NCBI GenBank assembly: GCA_946553095.1
Contig: CAMNRN010000002.1
Coordinates: 1 to 52,633, forward strand
Length of the DNA: 52,633 nt
Origin: an uncultured Mycoplasmatota bacterium
GTDB lineage: Bacteria; Bacillota_I; Bacilli_A; RF39; UBA660
Direction of reading: 5' to 3'
Shown here: positions 36,761 through 46,551 of the stretch, piece by piece
Position numbering within the stretch: the first letter of the stretch is position 1
Layout: every line of letters begins with the position of its first letter
Made by a program: the position numbers and the translations under genes
The notes under the pieces: model-generated
Database searches by the model: none
Seen by the model: only the letters and a program-made list of their open reading frames with translations
Told to the model about the DNA's origin: nothing

Positions 36761-39700
36761 ATGCCAGATTTCTTGATCATATCCATTCGACCTACTAAGG
36801 CCGGAGTTGATATAACGCCTACGTTCCGATTATATCCAAAGTCTCAAGATCTTATGATAAGAGGAGGAGACTTTTATGCGGTATGGATCGAGGAACGTGG
36901 ATTGTGGTCTACAAATGAAGACGATGCGTTAAATTTAATCGATCTACAACTGGCAAAGGCTTACGAAGAGTATAAATCCGAACATCCAGATGTAAGAGCT
37001 AATGTTCAATATACTTGGGATTCAAGCTCAGGGTCAATAGACCGTTGGCATAAATATTGTCAAAAACAAAAGAGAGATTCTTTTGAAATGCTAGACGAGA
37101 CTATTATATTTGCTAACACTCAAACAGATAAGAAAAATTATGCTAGTAAGAAACTTCCTTATTCTTTAGAACAGGGTAATATAGATGCTTATGATAAACT
37201 CATAGGAACTTTATACTCTGCAAAAGAAAGGCATAAAATTGAATGGGCTATAGGGTCGATAATACAAGGTGACTCTAAATTCATACAAAAATTCTTAGTG
37301 TTTTATGGTGCTGCAGGTACAGGTAAGTCAACAATATTAAATATTATACAGAAATTATTTGAGGGATACTATTCAGTATTTGATGCAAAAGCTTTGGGCT
37401 CTGCTAGTAATAGCTTTGCACTTGAAGCTTTTAAAGGTAATCCTCTTGTTGCAATTCAACACGATGGTGATTTATCAAGGATTGAAGATAATACTAGATT
37501 AAATAGTCTAGTTTCTCATGAATTGATGACTGTAAATGAGAAATTCAAGTCAACTTATGCAAATAGGTTCAAATGTTTCTTATTTATGGGTACAAACAAA
37601 CCAGTTAAGATTACGGACGGTAAGTCTGGTCTTATAAGACGTTTAATTGATGTACATCCATCTGGTGATAAATTACCAGCAAGAGAGTATAAAGATACTG
37701 TAAAGAAAGTAGACTTTGAATTGGGGGCAATAGCATGGCATTGCAGAGAGGTATATTTAAAGGACCCTGATGCATATGACGATTATATTCCTACTGCTAT
37801 GTTAGGAGCATCAAATGACTTTTATAACTTTGTTATTGATGCATATCATGTGTTTAAAAAACAGAATGGTACAACATTAAAAGCAGCTTGGGAAATGTAT
37901 AAAACTTATTGTGATGATGCAAAGGTTGGGTATCCTTTGTCTCAAAGAGCATTTAAGGAGGAATTGAAAAATTACTTTATAGAGTATAGTGATCGATTTA
38001 ATCTTGACGATGGAACAAGAGTTAGAAGTTATTATGAAGGATTCAAGACCAGTATCTTTGAACAAGAAGATAAGAAAGAAGAACCTCCTTCTACTACAGA
38101 TATTGATATTTTTGCCGATTTCAAAGAGCAGGATTCGATATTTGATAGAGAATGTAAAGATTGTCTAGCTCAATATGCTTCAACAAAAGAGACTCCTAGT
38201 AAAAAATGGGAGACTGTCAAGACTACATTAAAAGATTTAGACACATCAAGAACTCATTATGTTGCATTACCAGAAAATCATATAGTTATAGATTTTGATA
38301 TAAAAGATGATACTGGTAAAAAATCTTTCGAAAAGAATCTGGAAGCAGCTTTAAAATTTCCGGCTACGTACGCTGAACTCTCTAAAAGTGGAGAAGGTAT
38401 ACATCTTCATTATATTTACAAAGGAGATGTAACTAAACTTAGTAGGGTTTATGCAGATAGTGTAGAAATAAAGGTGTTTACAGGCAAAAGTTCTTTACGT
38501 AGACGATTAACTAAATGTAATAGTTTACCTATAAAGAGCATAAGCTCTGGATTACCTACGAAAGGAGAAAAGAAAATGGTAAGTTCGGATGTTATAAAGA
38601 GCGAAAAAGGGCTCAGACGAATGATTGAACGAAACATGCAGAAAGAGTTTCACCCAGGCACAAAACCTAGTATTGATTTTATTAATAAAATATTAGAGGA
38701 TGCATATGAGGGTGGAATGAAATATGACTTGAGTGATATGAAAAACGAAGTCTATGCTTTTGCTATGAATAGTACAAATCAAGCAGAATATTGTGTTGCT
38801 TTAGTTAAGCAAATGCATTTCAAGTCTGATGAAGCTTCTTCTCCAGTTGATACAAAAGAGGATACTATAGTATTTTATGATATAGAAGTATTTCCCAATT
38901 TGTTCTTGGTTAATTGGAAAAAAATGGGAGAAGAAAATAAGGTTGTTAGGATGATTAATCCTACATCTGAAGAAATAGAAGAACTACTAAAGTATAAATT
39001 AGTTGGTTTTAACTGTAGAAGATACGATAATCATATTATATATGCTAGATTAATGGGATATAGTAATGAGCAATTATATAACCTATCTCAGAGAATTATT
39101 AACGGAGAACGTAACGCATTCTTTGGTGAAGCATATAATTTATCATATACTGATATTTATGACTTCGCTTCTGCAGGAAATAAGAAATCTCTTAAGAAAT
39201 TAGAGATTGAGATGGGTATACATCATCAAGAATTAGGTTTACCATGGGATCAACCAGTACCAGAGGACAAATGGGAACAAGTAGCAGAATATTGTGATAA
39301 TGACGTTATTGCAACAGAAGCAGCTTGGTCTTATTTAAAATCTGACTGGACAGCTAGAGAAATTCTTGCAGATTTAGCTGGTTTAACGGTTAATGATACT
39401 ACTAATACACTTACTACTAGATTTATATTTGGAAGTAATAAAACTCCACAAGGAGAATTCTGTTATAGGAATATGGCAGAACCAGTATTTGAATTAGATC
39501 CTGAAGTAGAACAATTCTTAAAAGAAGCTTGTCCAGCTATGATGTCTCAGAAACATGGAGAAGCTAAAAGTTTGCTTCCATATTTCCCAGGATATACTTT
39601 TGAAGGTGGAAAATCTATCTACAAAGGCGAAGAAGTTGGAGAAGGTGGATATGTATATGCTGAACCAGGTATGCATTATAATGTAGCATTACTTGATATA

Positions 39701-40762
39701 GCATCAATGCATCCACACAGTCTAATCGGAGAGTGTTTCTTTGGACCACATTTCACCAGACGATTTAAAGAAATCGTTGACGGACGTGTTACAATTAAAC
39801 ATGAAGATTGGGACGAAGTTAATAAAATGCTTGATGGAAAACTTACCAAATATGTTAATGAAGTTAAAGCTGGAAAGATGAAATCTAAGGATTTGGCTAA
39901 CGCATTAAAGACAGCTATTAACTCAGTATATGGTTTGACATCAGCAAACTTTGATAATCCATTTAGAGATATTAGAAATAAAGATAACATTGTTGCAAAA
40001 CGTGGTGCTTTATTTATGATTGATTTAAAGGAAGAAGTACAAAAGAGAGGATTCACTGTTGCACATATTAAGACGGATTCTATCAAAATACCTAATGCCA
40101 CTCCAGAGATTATACAATTTGTTATGGACTTTGGACAAAAGTATGGTTATACTTTCGAACATGAGGCTACATACGATAGGATGTGCTTAGTTAACGACGC
40201 AGTTTATATTTGTAGATATGACGATGGTCATTGGGATGCAACGGGTGCACAATTCGCCGTTCCATATGTATTCAAGACATTATTTAGCAAAGAGTCAATA
40301 GAATTTGACGATAAAGTGGAAACCAAGTCTGTTACTTCTGCATTGTATCTAGATATGAACGAGAGTTTACCTGATGTTTCTTTAGAGGAAAAAGAATTAG
40401 CCAAACTTGAAAGTTCATTTAGAAAAGGATCAATGGATGAAGCAGAGTACAATACTAGGAAAGAAGGATTCAATTTGGCTATTGCTAAAGGTCATGATTA
40501 TCAGTTTGTTGGAAAAGTTGGTGCATTCTGTCCAATAAAACCTGGATGTGGTGGAGGATTATTAGTACGTGAAAAAGACGGAAAATATTATGCTGCTACT
40601 GGTAGTAAAGGTTATAGATGGCTTGAATCTGAAATTGTACGAAATAATCCAGATATTATTGATGAACAATATTATAAAGATTTAGTTAATGATGCTGTTG
40701 ATACAATATCTCAATATGGAGACTTTGAGATGTTTGTTAGTGATATAAAGGAGGAGAATTAA
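36761..40762 (+). CDS. SF3 helicase-primase-family B DNA polymerase fusion
   Basis: Walker A GAAGTGKS; prim-pol DFD and SKSGEGIHLHY; exonuclease YDIE, GFNCRRYD, YCDND; PolB motifs DIASMHP, K...NSVYG, KTDS. Confidence 0.9.
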   Translation: MPDFLIISIRPTKAGVDITPTFRLYPKSQDLMIRGGDFYAVWIEERGLWSTNEDDALNLIDLQLAKAYEEYKSEHPDVRANVQYTWDSSSGSIDRWHKYCQKQKRDSFEMLDETIIFANTQTDKKNYASKKLPYSLEQGNIDAYDKLIGTLYSAKERHKIEWAIGSIIQGDSKFIQKFLVFYGAAGTGKSTILNIIQKLFEGYYSVFDAKALGSASNSFALEAFKGNPLVAIQHDGDLSRIEDNTRLNSLVSHELMTVNEKFKSTYANRFKCFLFMGTNKPVKITDGKSGLIRRLIDVHPSGDKLPAREYKDTVKKVDFELGAIAWHCREVYLKDPDAYDDYIPTAMLGASNDFYNFVIDAYHVFKKQNGTTLKAAWEMYKTYCDDAKVGYPLSQRAFKEELKNYFIEYSDRFNLDDGTRVRSYYEGFKTSIFEQEDKKEEPPSTTDIDIFADFKEQDSIFDRECKDCLAQYASTKETPSKKWETVKTTLKDLDTSRTHYVALPENHIVIDFDIKDDTGKKSFEKNLEAALKFPATYAELSKSGEGIHLHYIYKGDVTKLSRVYADSVEIKVFTGKSSLRRRLTKCNSLPIKSISSGLPTKGEKKMVSSDVIKSEKGLRRMIERNMQKEFHPGTKPSIDFINKILEDAYEGGMKYDLSDMKNEVYAFAMNSTNQAEYCVALVKQMHFKSDEASSPVDTKEDTIVFYDIEVFPNLFLVNWKKMGEENKVVRMINPTSEEIEELLKYKLVGFNCRRYDNHIIYARLMGYSNEQLYNLSQRIINGERNAFFGEAYNLSYTDIYDFASAGNKKSLKKLEIEMGIHHQELGLPWDQPVPEDKWEQVAEYCDNDVIATEAAWSYLKSDWTAREILADLAGLTVNDTTNTLTTRFIFGSNKTPQGEFCYRNMAEPVFELDPEVEQFLKEACPAMMSQKHGEAKSLLPYFPGYTFEGGKSIYKGEEVGEGGYVYAEPGMHYNVALLDIASMHPHSLIGECFFGPHFTRRFKEIVDGRVTIKHEDWDEVNKMLDGKLTKYVNEVKAGKMKSKDLANALKTAINSVYGLTSANFDNPFRDIRNKDNIVAKRGALFMIDLKEEVQKRGFTVAHIKTDSIKIPNATPEIIQFVMDFGQKYGYTFEHEATYDRMCLVNDAVYICRYDDGHWDATGAQFAVPYVFKTLFSKESIEFDDKVETKSVTSALYLDMNESLPDVSLEEKELAKLESSFRKGSMDEAEYNTRKEGFNLAIAKGHDYQFVGKVGAFCPIKPGCGGGLLVREKDGKYYAATGSKGYRWLESEIVRNNPDIIDEQYYKDLVNDAVDTISQYGDFEMFVSDIKEEN

Positions 40763-40885
40763 ATGAATAATATATCATTTTATTTAACTACTTTTACTCT
40801 AGGTATGGTGGGTTACTTCGGTGTTAAAACCGGAGAACTTGTTTGGGGTAAGGTAGTAGAACCTAAACTAGTTTCAAAGAAATAA
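40763..40885 (+). CDS. 40-aa hydrophobic peptide (not in ORF track)
   Basis: AGGAGG RBS; MNNISFYLTTFTLGMVGYFGVKTGELVWGKVVEPKLVSKK*. Confidence 0.6.
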   Translation: MNNISFYLTTFTLGMVGYFGVKTGELVWGKVVEPKLVSKK

Positions 40886-40923
40886 TTTATATTTGTAAAA
40901 AATAATAGGAGGAAAGAAAAATT

Positions 40924-41394
40924 ATGCAAATTAGATTTAGAGGAGACATCTTAGAAATTGAAGATGCTCGAATTATTTATCGCAACTTTGAAGGAGTTGC
41001 TAGTAAATTTAACCGTGAAGGAGATAGAAACTTTGCAGTTATTATTCCAAATGAAGAGATAAAAGACCAACTAATAGAAGCTGGATGGAATGTTAAGGTT
41101 AAACCACCTCGTGATGAGGATGAAGGACCATTTATGTTCTTACCAGTTAAGGTTAAGTTTAATAACAGAGGACCTTCTGCTTATATTAGATCAGGTGAGA
41201 ATGTTACGCGACTTAATGAAGAAACAATCGCTATGCTTGATGAAGTGGATATCCAAAGTGTAAGTTGTGATGTGCGTCCATATGATTGGGATGTTAATGG
41301 AAAACAAGGTCGTACTGCATATTTGCAAGCAATTGATGTTATACAAAGTATAGATAGATTTGGTGATAGATATGCACAAGAAGGTAAAATTTAG
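40924..41394 (+). CDS. Putative single-stranded DNA-binding protein
   Basis: ARIIYRNFEG...FNREGDRNF, PY.W.VNG..G.TAYL; adjacent to polymerase. Confidence 0.7.
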   Translation: MQIRFRGDILEIEDARIIYRNFEGVASKFNREGDRNFAVIIPNEEIKDQLIEAGWNVKVKPPRDEDEGPFMFLPVKVKFNNRGPSAYIRSGENVTRLNEETIAMLDEVDIQSVSCDVRPYDWDVNGKQGRTAYLQAIDVIQSIDRFGDRYAQEGKI

Positions 41395-41578
41395 TCAGAT
41401 AGTAGCTCAACTTTTAGAGCTGCTTTCGATATGGCTAAGAAGCTGGGGTATAAATGCTATCATGGTAGCGCTTATATGCTGGTGTTTTAATATTAATTGT
41501 ACACTAAAATTGTGTACTGGAATTTGGCTAATATTTCTACTCATAAACATGAGTGTGAAAATTAGATATAGAAAGTAA
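41372..41578 (+). CDS. Small membrane protein
   Basis: GGTGA RBS; two hydrophobic segments. Confidence 0.55.
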   Translation: MHKKVKFSQIVAQLLELLSIWLRSWGINAIMVALICWCFNINCTLKLCTGIWLIFLLINMSVKIRYRK

Positions 41579-41598
41579 CAGATAAGGAGGAAATTAAA

Positions 41599-41802
41599 AT
41601 GAAAGAAAAAATGTTACAAGTAAAAGAATATGTTATTGCTCATAAAAAGCAAATTATTATTGGGGCTGGGGTTTTAGCAATTGCTGCTATTAGTGCTAAA
41701 CCTATTATTAAAAAGCTTAAGGCTGTAGAAGTATCTGATGATACTCTTGAAGAAATCACAGGTGGAGCTATCGAAGAAGTAACATCTACAGAGGAGGCTT
41801 AA
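41599..41802 (+). CDS. Small single-TM protein
   Basis: AAGGAGG RBS; resembles 33500 in layout (TM then acidic tail). Confidence 0.75.
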   Translation: MKEKMLQVKEYVIAHKKQIIIGAGVLAIAAISAKPIIKKLKAVEVSDDTLEEITGGAIEEVTSTEEA

Positions 41803-41803
41803 C

Positions 41804-42142
41804 ATGGAAGAAGTAAGAGAAGAAAACATGGTTTATGCTGCTAAAACAGCTGAAGATTATGTAAAAGCTTTAAATAACACAAATGGTATATCTTTGGATA
41901 TGACTATTGAAATGATGGAATCTACTGATTATAAAGTTAGATTTATCGCTGAATACGTACAAAATAAAATACGTTATAACAGTTTACATCAAATGCTAGT
42001 TAAGTTAGATGCTGGAACTTTGGAATTTACTCCAGATTGTCCTGCACAAATACTTAGAAACCAAAAAGCATTTATGGGAAATTATCTTAATCAATTAGAA
42101 ATTAGAGCCGAAATAGAAAAGATACCTTTACCTCATATGTAA
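41804..42142 (+). CDS. crAss001_48-like conserved phage protein
   Basis: M.S.DYK.RF.AEY.Q..IRY..L..ML....AGTL.FTP.CP...L..Q...M..YL..LE.RA..E.I. Confidence 0.7.
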   Translation: MEEVREENMVYAAKTAEDYVKALNNTNGISLDMTIEMMESTDYKVRFIAEYVQNKIRYNSLHQMLVKLDAGTLEFTPDCPAQILRNQKAFMGNYLNQLEIRAEIEKIPLPHM

Positions 42143-42168
42143 TACGCGTTTTAAACATGTCGTATAAT
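42143..42168 (+). promoter_or_regulatory. Phage promoter motif copy 10
   Basis: TACGC-gttttaa-ACA-tgtcg-TATAAT directly followed by GAGGAG RBS. Confidence 0.8.
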
Positions 42169-42182
42169 GAGGAGATGATATT

Positions 42183-42440
42183 ATGGAAACATTGATTGAC
42201 GTTGATGAAGCAATTAAAAATGTTAAAAAAGAAAAGGAAATGACAGAAGCTGATTTACAAGCTTTTATTAAAACATGTAAATGTTTAGTAAATGAGAGTA
42301 AATTAGAAGAAGGAGTATTTGATATTTTTGAAACATATACAAAAGCTATCAGAGACTTAAACAATGAACTTAATGTATTATTTAAATACAAAGGTTGGGC
42401 TACTTGTAGAGATGAGCAGACAAGGCTTAAAAACAAGTAG
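42183..42440 (+). CDS. Hypothetical protein
   Basis: Own promoter motif, GAGGAG RBS, 3' hairpin plus T run. Confidence 0.75.
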   Translation: METLIDVDEAIKNVKKEKEMTEADLQAFIKTCKCLVNESKLEEGVFDIFETYTKAIRDLNNELNVLFKYKGWATCRDEQTRLKNK

Positions 42441-42475
42441 TCTTGCTCTTTATATTTTTGAAAGGACTCTAAAAT

Positions 42476-42724
42476 ATGAAAAAAAGTGAAGTATTAGAAC
42501 TTAGCAAGTCTAAGGCGAAAGAATTATTTAAGGAATTAAAAAAATCGGGGGATTTGGATATTTTAAATGAGGAAATAGAAGTTATTGGACTAAAGGAATA
42601 TGAACATAAATTTAGAATTATGATAATGTATACAAAGTTAAAGAATATCTATATAGAATTCATTATGCCAAAAAAGTCCGGACGATTGACTCACACTATA
42701 TATAAAAAGATTGATATTAAATAA
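42476..42724 (+). CDS. Hypothetical protein
   Basis: AAGGA RBS, 82 aa. Confidence 0.65.
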   Translation: MKKSEVLELSKSKAKELFKELKKSGDLDILNEEIEVIGLKEYEHKFRIMIMYTKLKNIYIEFIMPKKSGRLTHTIYKKIDIK

Positions 42725-42737
42725 AAAGGAGTAAAAC

Positions 42738-42995
42738 ATGAATCTCGAAGATTTTAAAGATATGTCCAAACGAATGGTAGTGGAATATTATAATAGATAT
42801 GTTCATAACGTAGAACCCGACTATGAAGGGATAAAAATAGATAAAAATTATGTTAAAATAATTGAGGAGAACTTACAAAGTAATGGTATTATAGAGTTAG
42901 TTCTTCAAGTATCTATTGATATTTGGATTGAATACCATGTGGAGTACAATCCTAAAGCTAAGAATCAAATAAGTTCATTCGTCACTTTAAGTTAG
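42738..42995 (+). CDS. Hypothetical protein
   Basis: AAGGAG RBS, 85 aa. Confidence 0.7.
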   Translation: MNLEDFKDMSKRMVVEYYNRYVHNVEPDYEGIKIDKNYVKIIEENLQSNGIIELVLQVSIDIWIEYHVEYNPKAKNQISSFVTLS

Positions 42996-43005
42996 GAGGT
43001 GTAAC

Positions 43006-43563
43006 ATGAGTGCTAGATACAATGAATATATTCATGAGCATCAGAATGCAGTAAAGATGGCCTTTGATTGGTTATTAAAAAATACTTCTGGAATAACATC
43101 TGAAGATGTATGGAATAAAGCTTCTGAGTTAATAGATAAACATGATATGTCAAAATATTCTGAAGATGAATACCAAGCTTATGATCAATATTTTTATGGC
43201 AATAAATCATATCAGGCAACTGTAGATTTTGAACAAGCATGGAATTTACATATTCATAGAAATCCTCACCACTGGCAATATTGGGTATTAATACATGATG
43301 ATCCAAATAAACCATACACATATTTACCTATGCCATCTGAGTATATTATTGAAATGATATGTGATTGGTGGAGTTTCTCTTGGAGAAATGGAAATCTATA
43401 TGAAATTTATTCTTGGTATGAAGAACATAAAACAACAATGAAACTTAATGTGGGAACTCGAGAAACTGTAGAAATGATTCTTGAGACTATAAAAAATATT
43501 TTAATAAAAACCTATCATAAAGACATCGAAGAAATGATGGGTGATAATCATGAAGAAAATTAA
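43006..43563 (+). CDS. HD-like (DUF5662-type) protein
   Basis: HDMSK, H.HRNPHHWQYW, EMICDW motifs. Confidence 0.75.
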   Translation: MSARYNEYIHEHQNAVKMAFDWLLKNTSGITSEDVWNKASELIDKHDMSKYSEDEYQAYDQYFYGNKSYQATVDFEQAWNLHIHRNPHHWQYWVLIHDDPNKPYTYLPMPSEYIIEMICDWWSFSWRNGNLYEIYSWYEEHKTTMKLNVGTRETVEMILETIKNILIKTYHKDIEEMMGDNHEEN

Positions 43564-44785
43564 TAAAGAGGCTACACCTTTCTTATTTGACTATCAAATG
43601 GAAGCTGTCGAAAATATGAAAGATGGATGTATACTAAATGGTGGAGTTGGTTCTGGTAAATCTAGAACCTCTCTATACTATTATTTTAAATCTCAAGGTG
43701 GAAAAATAGAACCAGGAAAGTATACACCAATGAAAGAAAAACCTCTTGATCTTTACATTATTACAACTGCGAGAAAAAGAGACACTCTTGAATGGGAAGG
43801 TGAATTGGTGCCATTCATGATGACATCTTTTGCTGATCATACTCATCTATATAATCATACTGTGGTAATAGATAGTTGGAATAATATTAAAAAATATCAA
43901 GATGTTAAAAATACATTCTTTATATTTGACGAGCAAAGAGTTGTTGGATATGGGGCTTGGACAAAGGCATTCCTAAAAATAGCTAAAGCTAATAGATGGA
44001 TATTGTTATCGGCCACACCAGGAGACTCTTGGTCAGATTATATCCCTGTATTTATTGCAAATGGATTCTATAAAAATAAATCCGAATTTAATAGAGAACA
44101 TGTTGTATTCTCAAGATTCACAAAGTATCCTAAGATTGATCGATATGTTAATACAAAACGATTAATTAGACAAAGAAATGATATTCTTATTAATATGGAT
44201 ACTAATAGAACTTTTGTTGAACATCATAATGAAATTTATTGTCCATTTGATAGGGAAAAGTATAAAGAGGCTATGAAAAATCGATGGGATCCATTTAAAA
44301 ATCTACCTATGCAACAAGCAAGTGATTTGTGTTATGTATTGCGTAGAATTGTCAATGAATCTGAGATGAGAGTTGTAGCATTATTAGAGATTCTCGAAAA
44401 AGTAGATAGGGCTATTATATTTTATAATTTTGACTACGAACGAGAAATTCTATTAAATCTTGATGTAAGCTATACTATAACTGAATGGAATGGTCATAAA
44501 CATCAGGAAATTCCAGACTGTGATAGATGGTTATATTTAGTACAGTATGCAGCTGGTAATGAAGGTTGGAACTGTATTAAGACAGATACCATTATATTTT
44601 ACAGTCAAACTTACTCTTATAAGACATTAAAACAAGCCTGTGGGAGGATAAAAAGATTAAATACCCCCTACAATGATTTGTATTATTATCATCTTAAGAG
44701 TAATAGTAATATTGATTTAGCGATAAGTAGATCGTTAAAAAATAAGAAAAACTTTAATGAAGGAAACTTCGTTAAATGGAATTAA
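43550..44785 (+). CDS. SF2 (SNF2-like) helicase
   Basis: Q motif LFDYQ, Walker A GVGSGKS, FDEQ, LSATP, EGWN, QACGRI.R. Confidence 0.9.
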   Translation: MKKINKEATPFLFDYQMEAVENMKDGCILNGGVGSGKSRTSLYYYFKSQGGKIEPGKYTPMKEKPLDLYIITTARKRDTLEWEGELVPFMMTSFADHTHLYNHTVVIDSWNNIKKYQDVKNTFFIFDEQRVVGYGAWTKAFLKIAKANRWILLSATPGDSWSDYIPVFIANGFYKNKSEFNREHVVFSRFTKYPKIDRYVNTKRLIRQRNDILINMDTNRTFVEHHNEIYCPFDREKYKEAMKNRWDPFKNLPMQQASDLCYVLRRIVNESEMRVVALLEILEKVDRAIIFYNFDYEREILLNLDVSYTITEWNGHKHQEIPDCDRWLYLVQYAAGNEGWNCIKTDTIIFYSQTYSYKTLKQACGRIKRLNTPYNDLYYYHLKSNSNIDLAISRSLKNKKNFNEGNFVKWN

Positions 44786-44807
44786 AAGGAGAAGAATATA
44801 CAATTAT

Positions 44808-45392
44808 ATGAAAAAAATCATTAAGATAATAAAAATATTATTAATAGTAATGGTTTATGTAATTATGTTTTGGGGGTTAATTAAATGGATATCTTATCCG
44901 TTTACACATAAGACAGAACCTAAGTGTGAATGCGCATGCAACTGTGAATATACAGAACCTGTGATCAAGGAAGAGGTTCAAGAGACTGCTGTTGTAGTTG
45001 AAGAACCTCAACCTATTCCAGAGGAAACAAAAAAGGAGCCTCCCTCGAAAAAAGAAAGCAAGCCTGTAATTAAAGAAGTAAAAACAGCTAGCAAAGATAC
45101 ATACAAGGCGTTTGCATATGATTTAGTTATTAATGAGTATTTATGGTCAGAATCTGATTATCAAGCATTAGTTAAGCTTTGGACAAGAGAATCTGACTGG
45201 AATCCAAACGCAGTTAATAAATCAAGTGGAGCTTGTAATATACCTCAGGCTTTACCTTGTAGTAAAATTTCTAATATGTATGGAGATAATAGTTGGGATA
45301 GTGGAATTAAATGGGGCCTTGTCTACATTAAAAATAGATACGGAACACCTACAAAAGCATGGCAACATTTTCAAAACAAAAATTGGTACTAA
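44808..45392 (+). CDS. Membrane-anchored lytic transglycosylase-like protein
   Basis: N-terminal TM; RESDWNPNAVNKSSGA..IPQALP, WG..YI..RYG.P..AW......WY. Confidence 0.8.
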   Translation: MKKIIKIIKILLIVMVYVIMFWGLIKWISYPFTHKTEPKCECACNCEYTEPVIKEEVQETAVVVEEPQPIPEETKKEPPSKKESKPVIKEVKTASKDTYKAFAYDLVINEYLWSESDYQALVKLWTRESDWNPNAVNKSSGACNIPQALPCSKISNMYGDNSWDSGIKWGLVYIKNRYGTPTKAWQHFQNKNWY

Positions 45393-45408
45393 TTGTATAT
45401 AGAAAGAT

Positions 45409-45660
45409 TTGATATTTATGGGCAAGTATAAAGATCATGCTATAGATGCAATAAGATATGCTCACGGTCAATTGGGCTTTCTAGAAAATTGCTATGGTGG
45501 CGATGAAAAAGTTATCCAAAGTGAAATAAAAATACATAATAAATATTTAAGTATATTGGAAGGAGATAATTATGGAAAAAGAAAGAGTAAGTTTCGAACT
45601 AAGGCAAGACGACGTAATGGAATCTATAGCCTTATATGTAAGAGACGACAAAATAAATAG
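45409..45660 (+). CDS. Hypothetical protein
   Basis: ORF in operon; overlaps next gene. Confidence 0.5.
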   Translation: MIFMGKYKDHAIDAIRYAHGQLGFLENCYGGDEKVIQSEIKIHNKYLSILEGDNYGKRKSKFRTKARRRNGIYSLICKRRQNK

Positions 45661-45973
45661 AGCTTTGAATGAATTGAGAAGAGTTGATAAATCAAACTTA
45701 GCAATTATTCAAGACACTATAAAAATATTAGAAGAAGGATTTGTAGTTTCAAATAAGGAATTTGTAGATAAGTCATTTGCTGATTTAGCGACACCTTTAA
45801 CTCCGGATCCAAAAATTCATACGGCCGGATTATGTCAACCTATTGGGGAACCAGCTATACCTAATACAATAAAAGAAGGAAAAGTTGTACTCCCTAAAAT
45901 TGAAATTGCTTGTACAGATGAAGACTTGATTAAAAGTATGCAAGGAAATATGTTTAAAGGTGGTATGTTTTAA
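45572..45973 (+). CDS. Hypothetical protein
   Basis: AAGGAG RBS, 133 aa. Confidence 0.7.
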   Translation: MEKERVSFELRQDDVMESIALYVRDDKINRALNELRRVDKSNLAIIQDTIKILEEGFVVSNKEFVDKSFADLATPLTPDPKIHTAGLCQPIGEPAIPNTIKEGKVVLPKIEIACTDEDLIKSMQGNMFKGGMF

Positions 45974-46476
45974 TGAAATTAGAAAATGGATTATATAATG
46001 CATTATTTGGAGAGAATGAGCATGCCGATCAGTTACTTGATATCTTAGATCTTGATAGATCAATGTTCGGACGTTATAGAGATTGTTTTCCTAATGATAT
46101 CGGTACCAAGATTATAGTTCTAACCAGATGTGGTGGAGATAATCGAAATGAATATGAAATAGTATTTGATACTATGAGAAAACATCCACAATATTTAGGT
46201 GATTATGACGATCCTACAGATGAGACTTATTGTTATTTTGAGTTTCAGGTTCCAGTTTTATATTTACCACAGACCAGACCTCTATCTACTGGAAAGAGAC
46301 CATTGACAGTTGGTGAAAAAATGGAGCAGGAGATGAAACTATTAAATAATAATGATCCTGGAGCTTTAGCAAGGGCCGAAAAGATTGCTAAGTCTATGCA
46401 AAAACAAATAGACGCTCAACCAAATGGTGGTGTTATATTTGTGGGTGATCCAGATTGGAAATATAATAATGAATAA
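45973..46476 (+). CDS. Hypothetical phage protein
   Basis: Coupled start (TAATG); FGRYRD, TRCGG.NR, HP.Y..D.DD..D.TY motifs. Confidence 0.75.
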   Translation: MKLENGLYNALFGENEHADQLLDILDLDRSMFGRYRDCFPNDIGTKIIVLTRCGGDNRNEYEIVFDTMRKHPQYLGDYDDPTDETYCYFEFQVPVLYLPQTRPLSTGKRPLTVGEKMEQEMKLLNNNDPGALARAEKIAKSMQKQIDAQPNGGVIFVGDPDWKYNNE

Positions 46477-46551
46477 ACAAATGAAAGCTTTCTGTGATAA
46501 AAAAAGAAAGATCCAGAATATTATGAAGTAATACAAAAATATAAGATCGAC

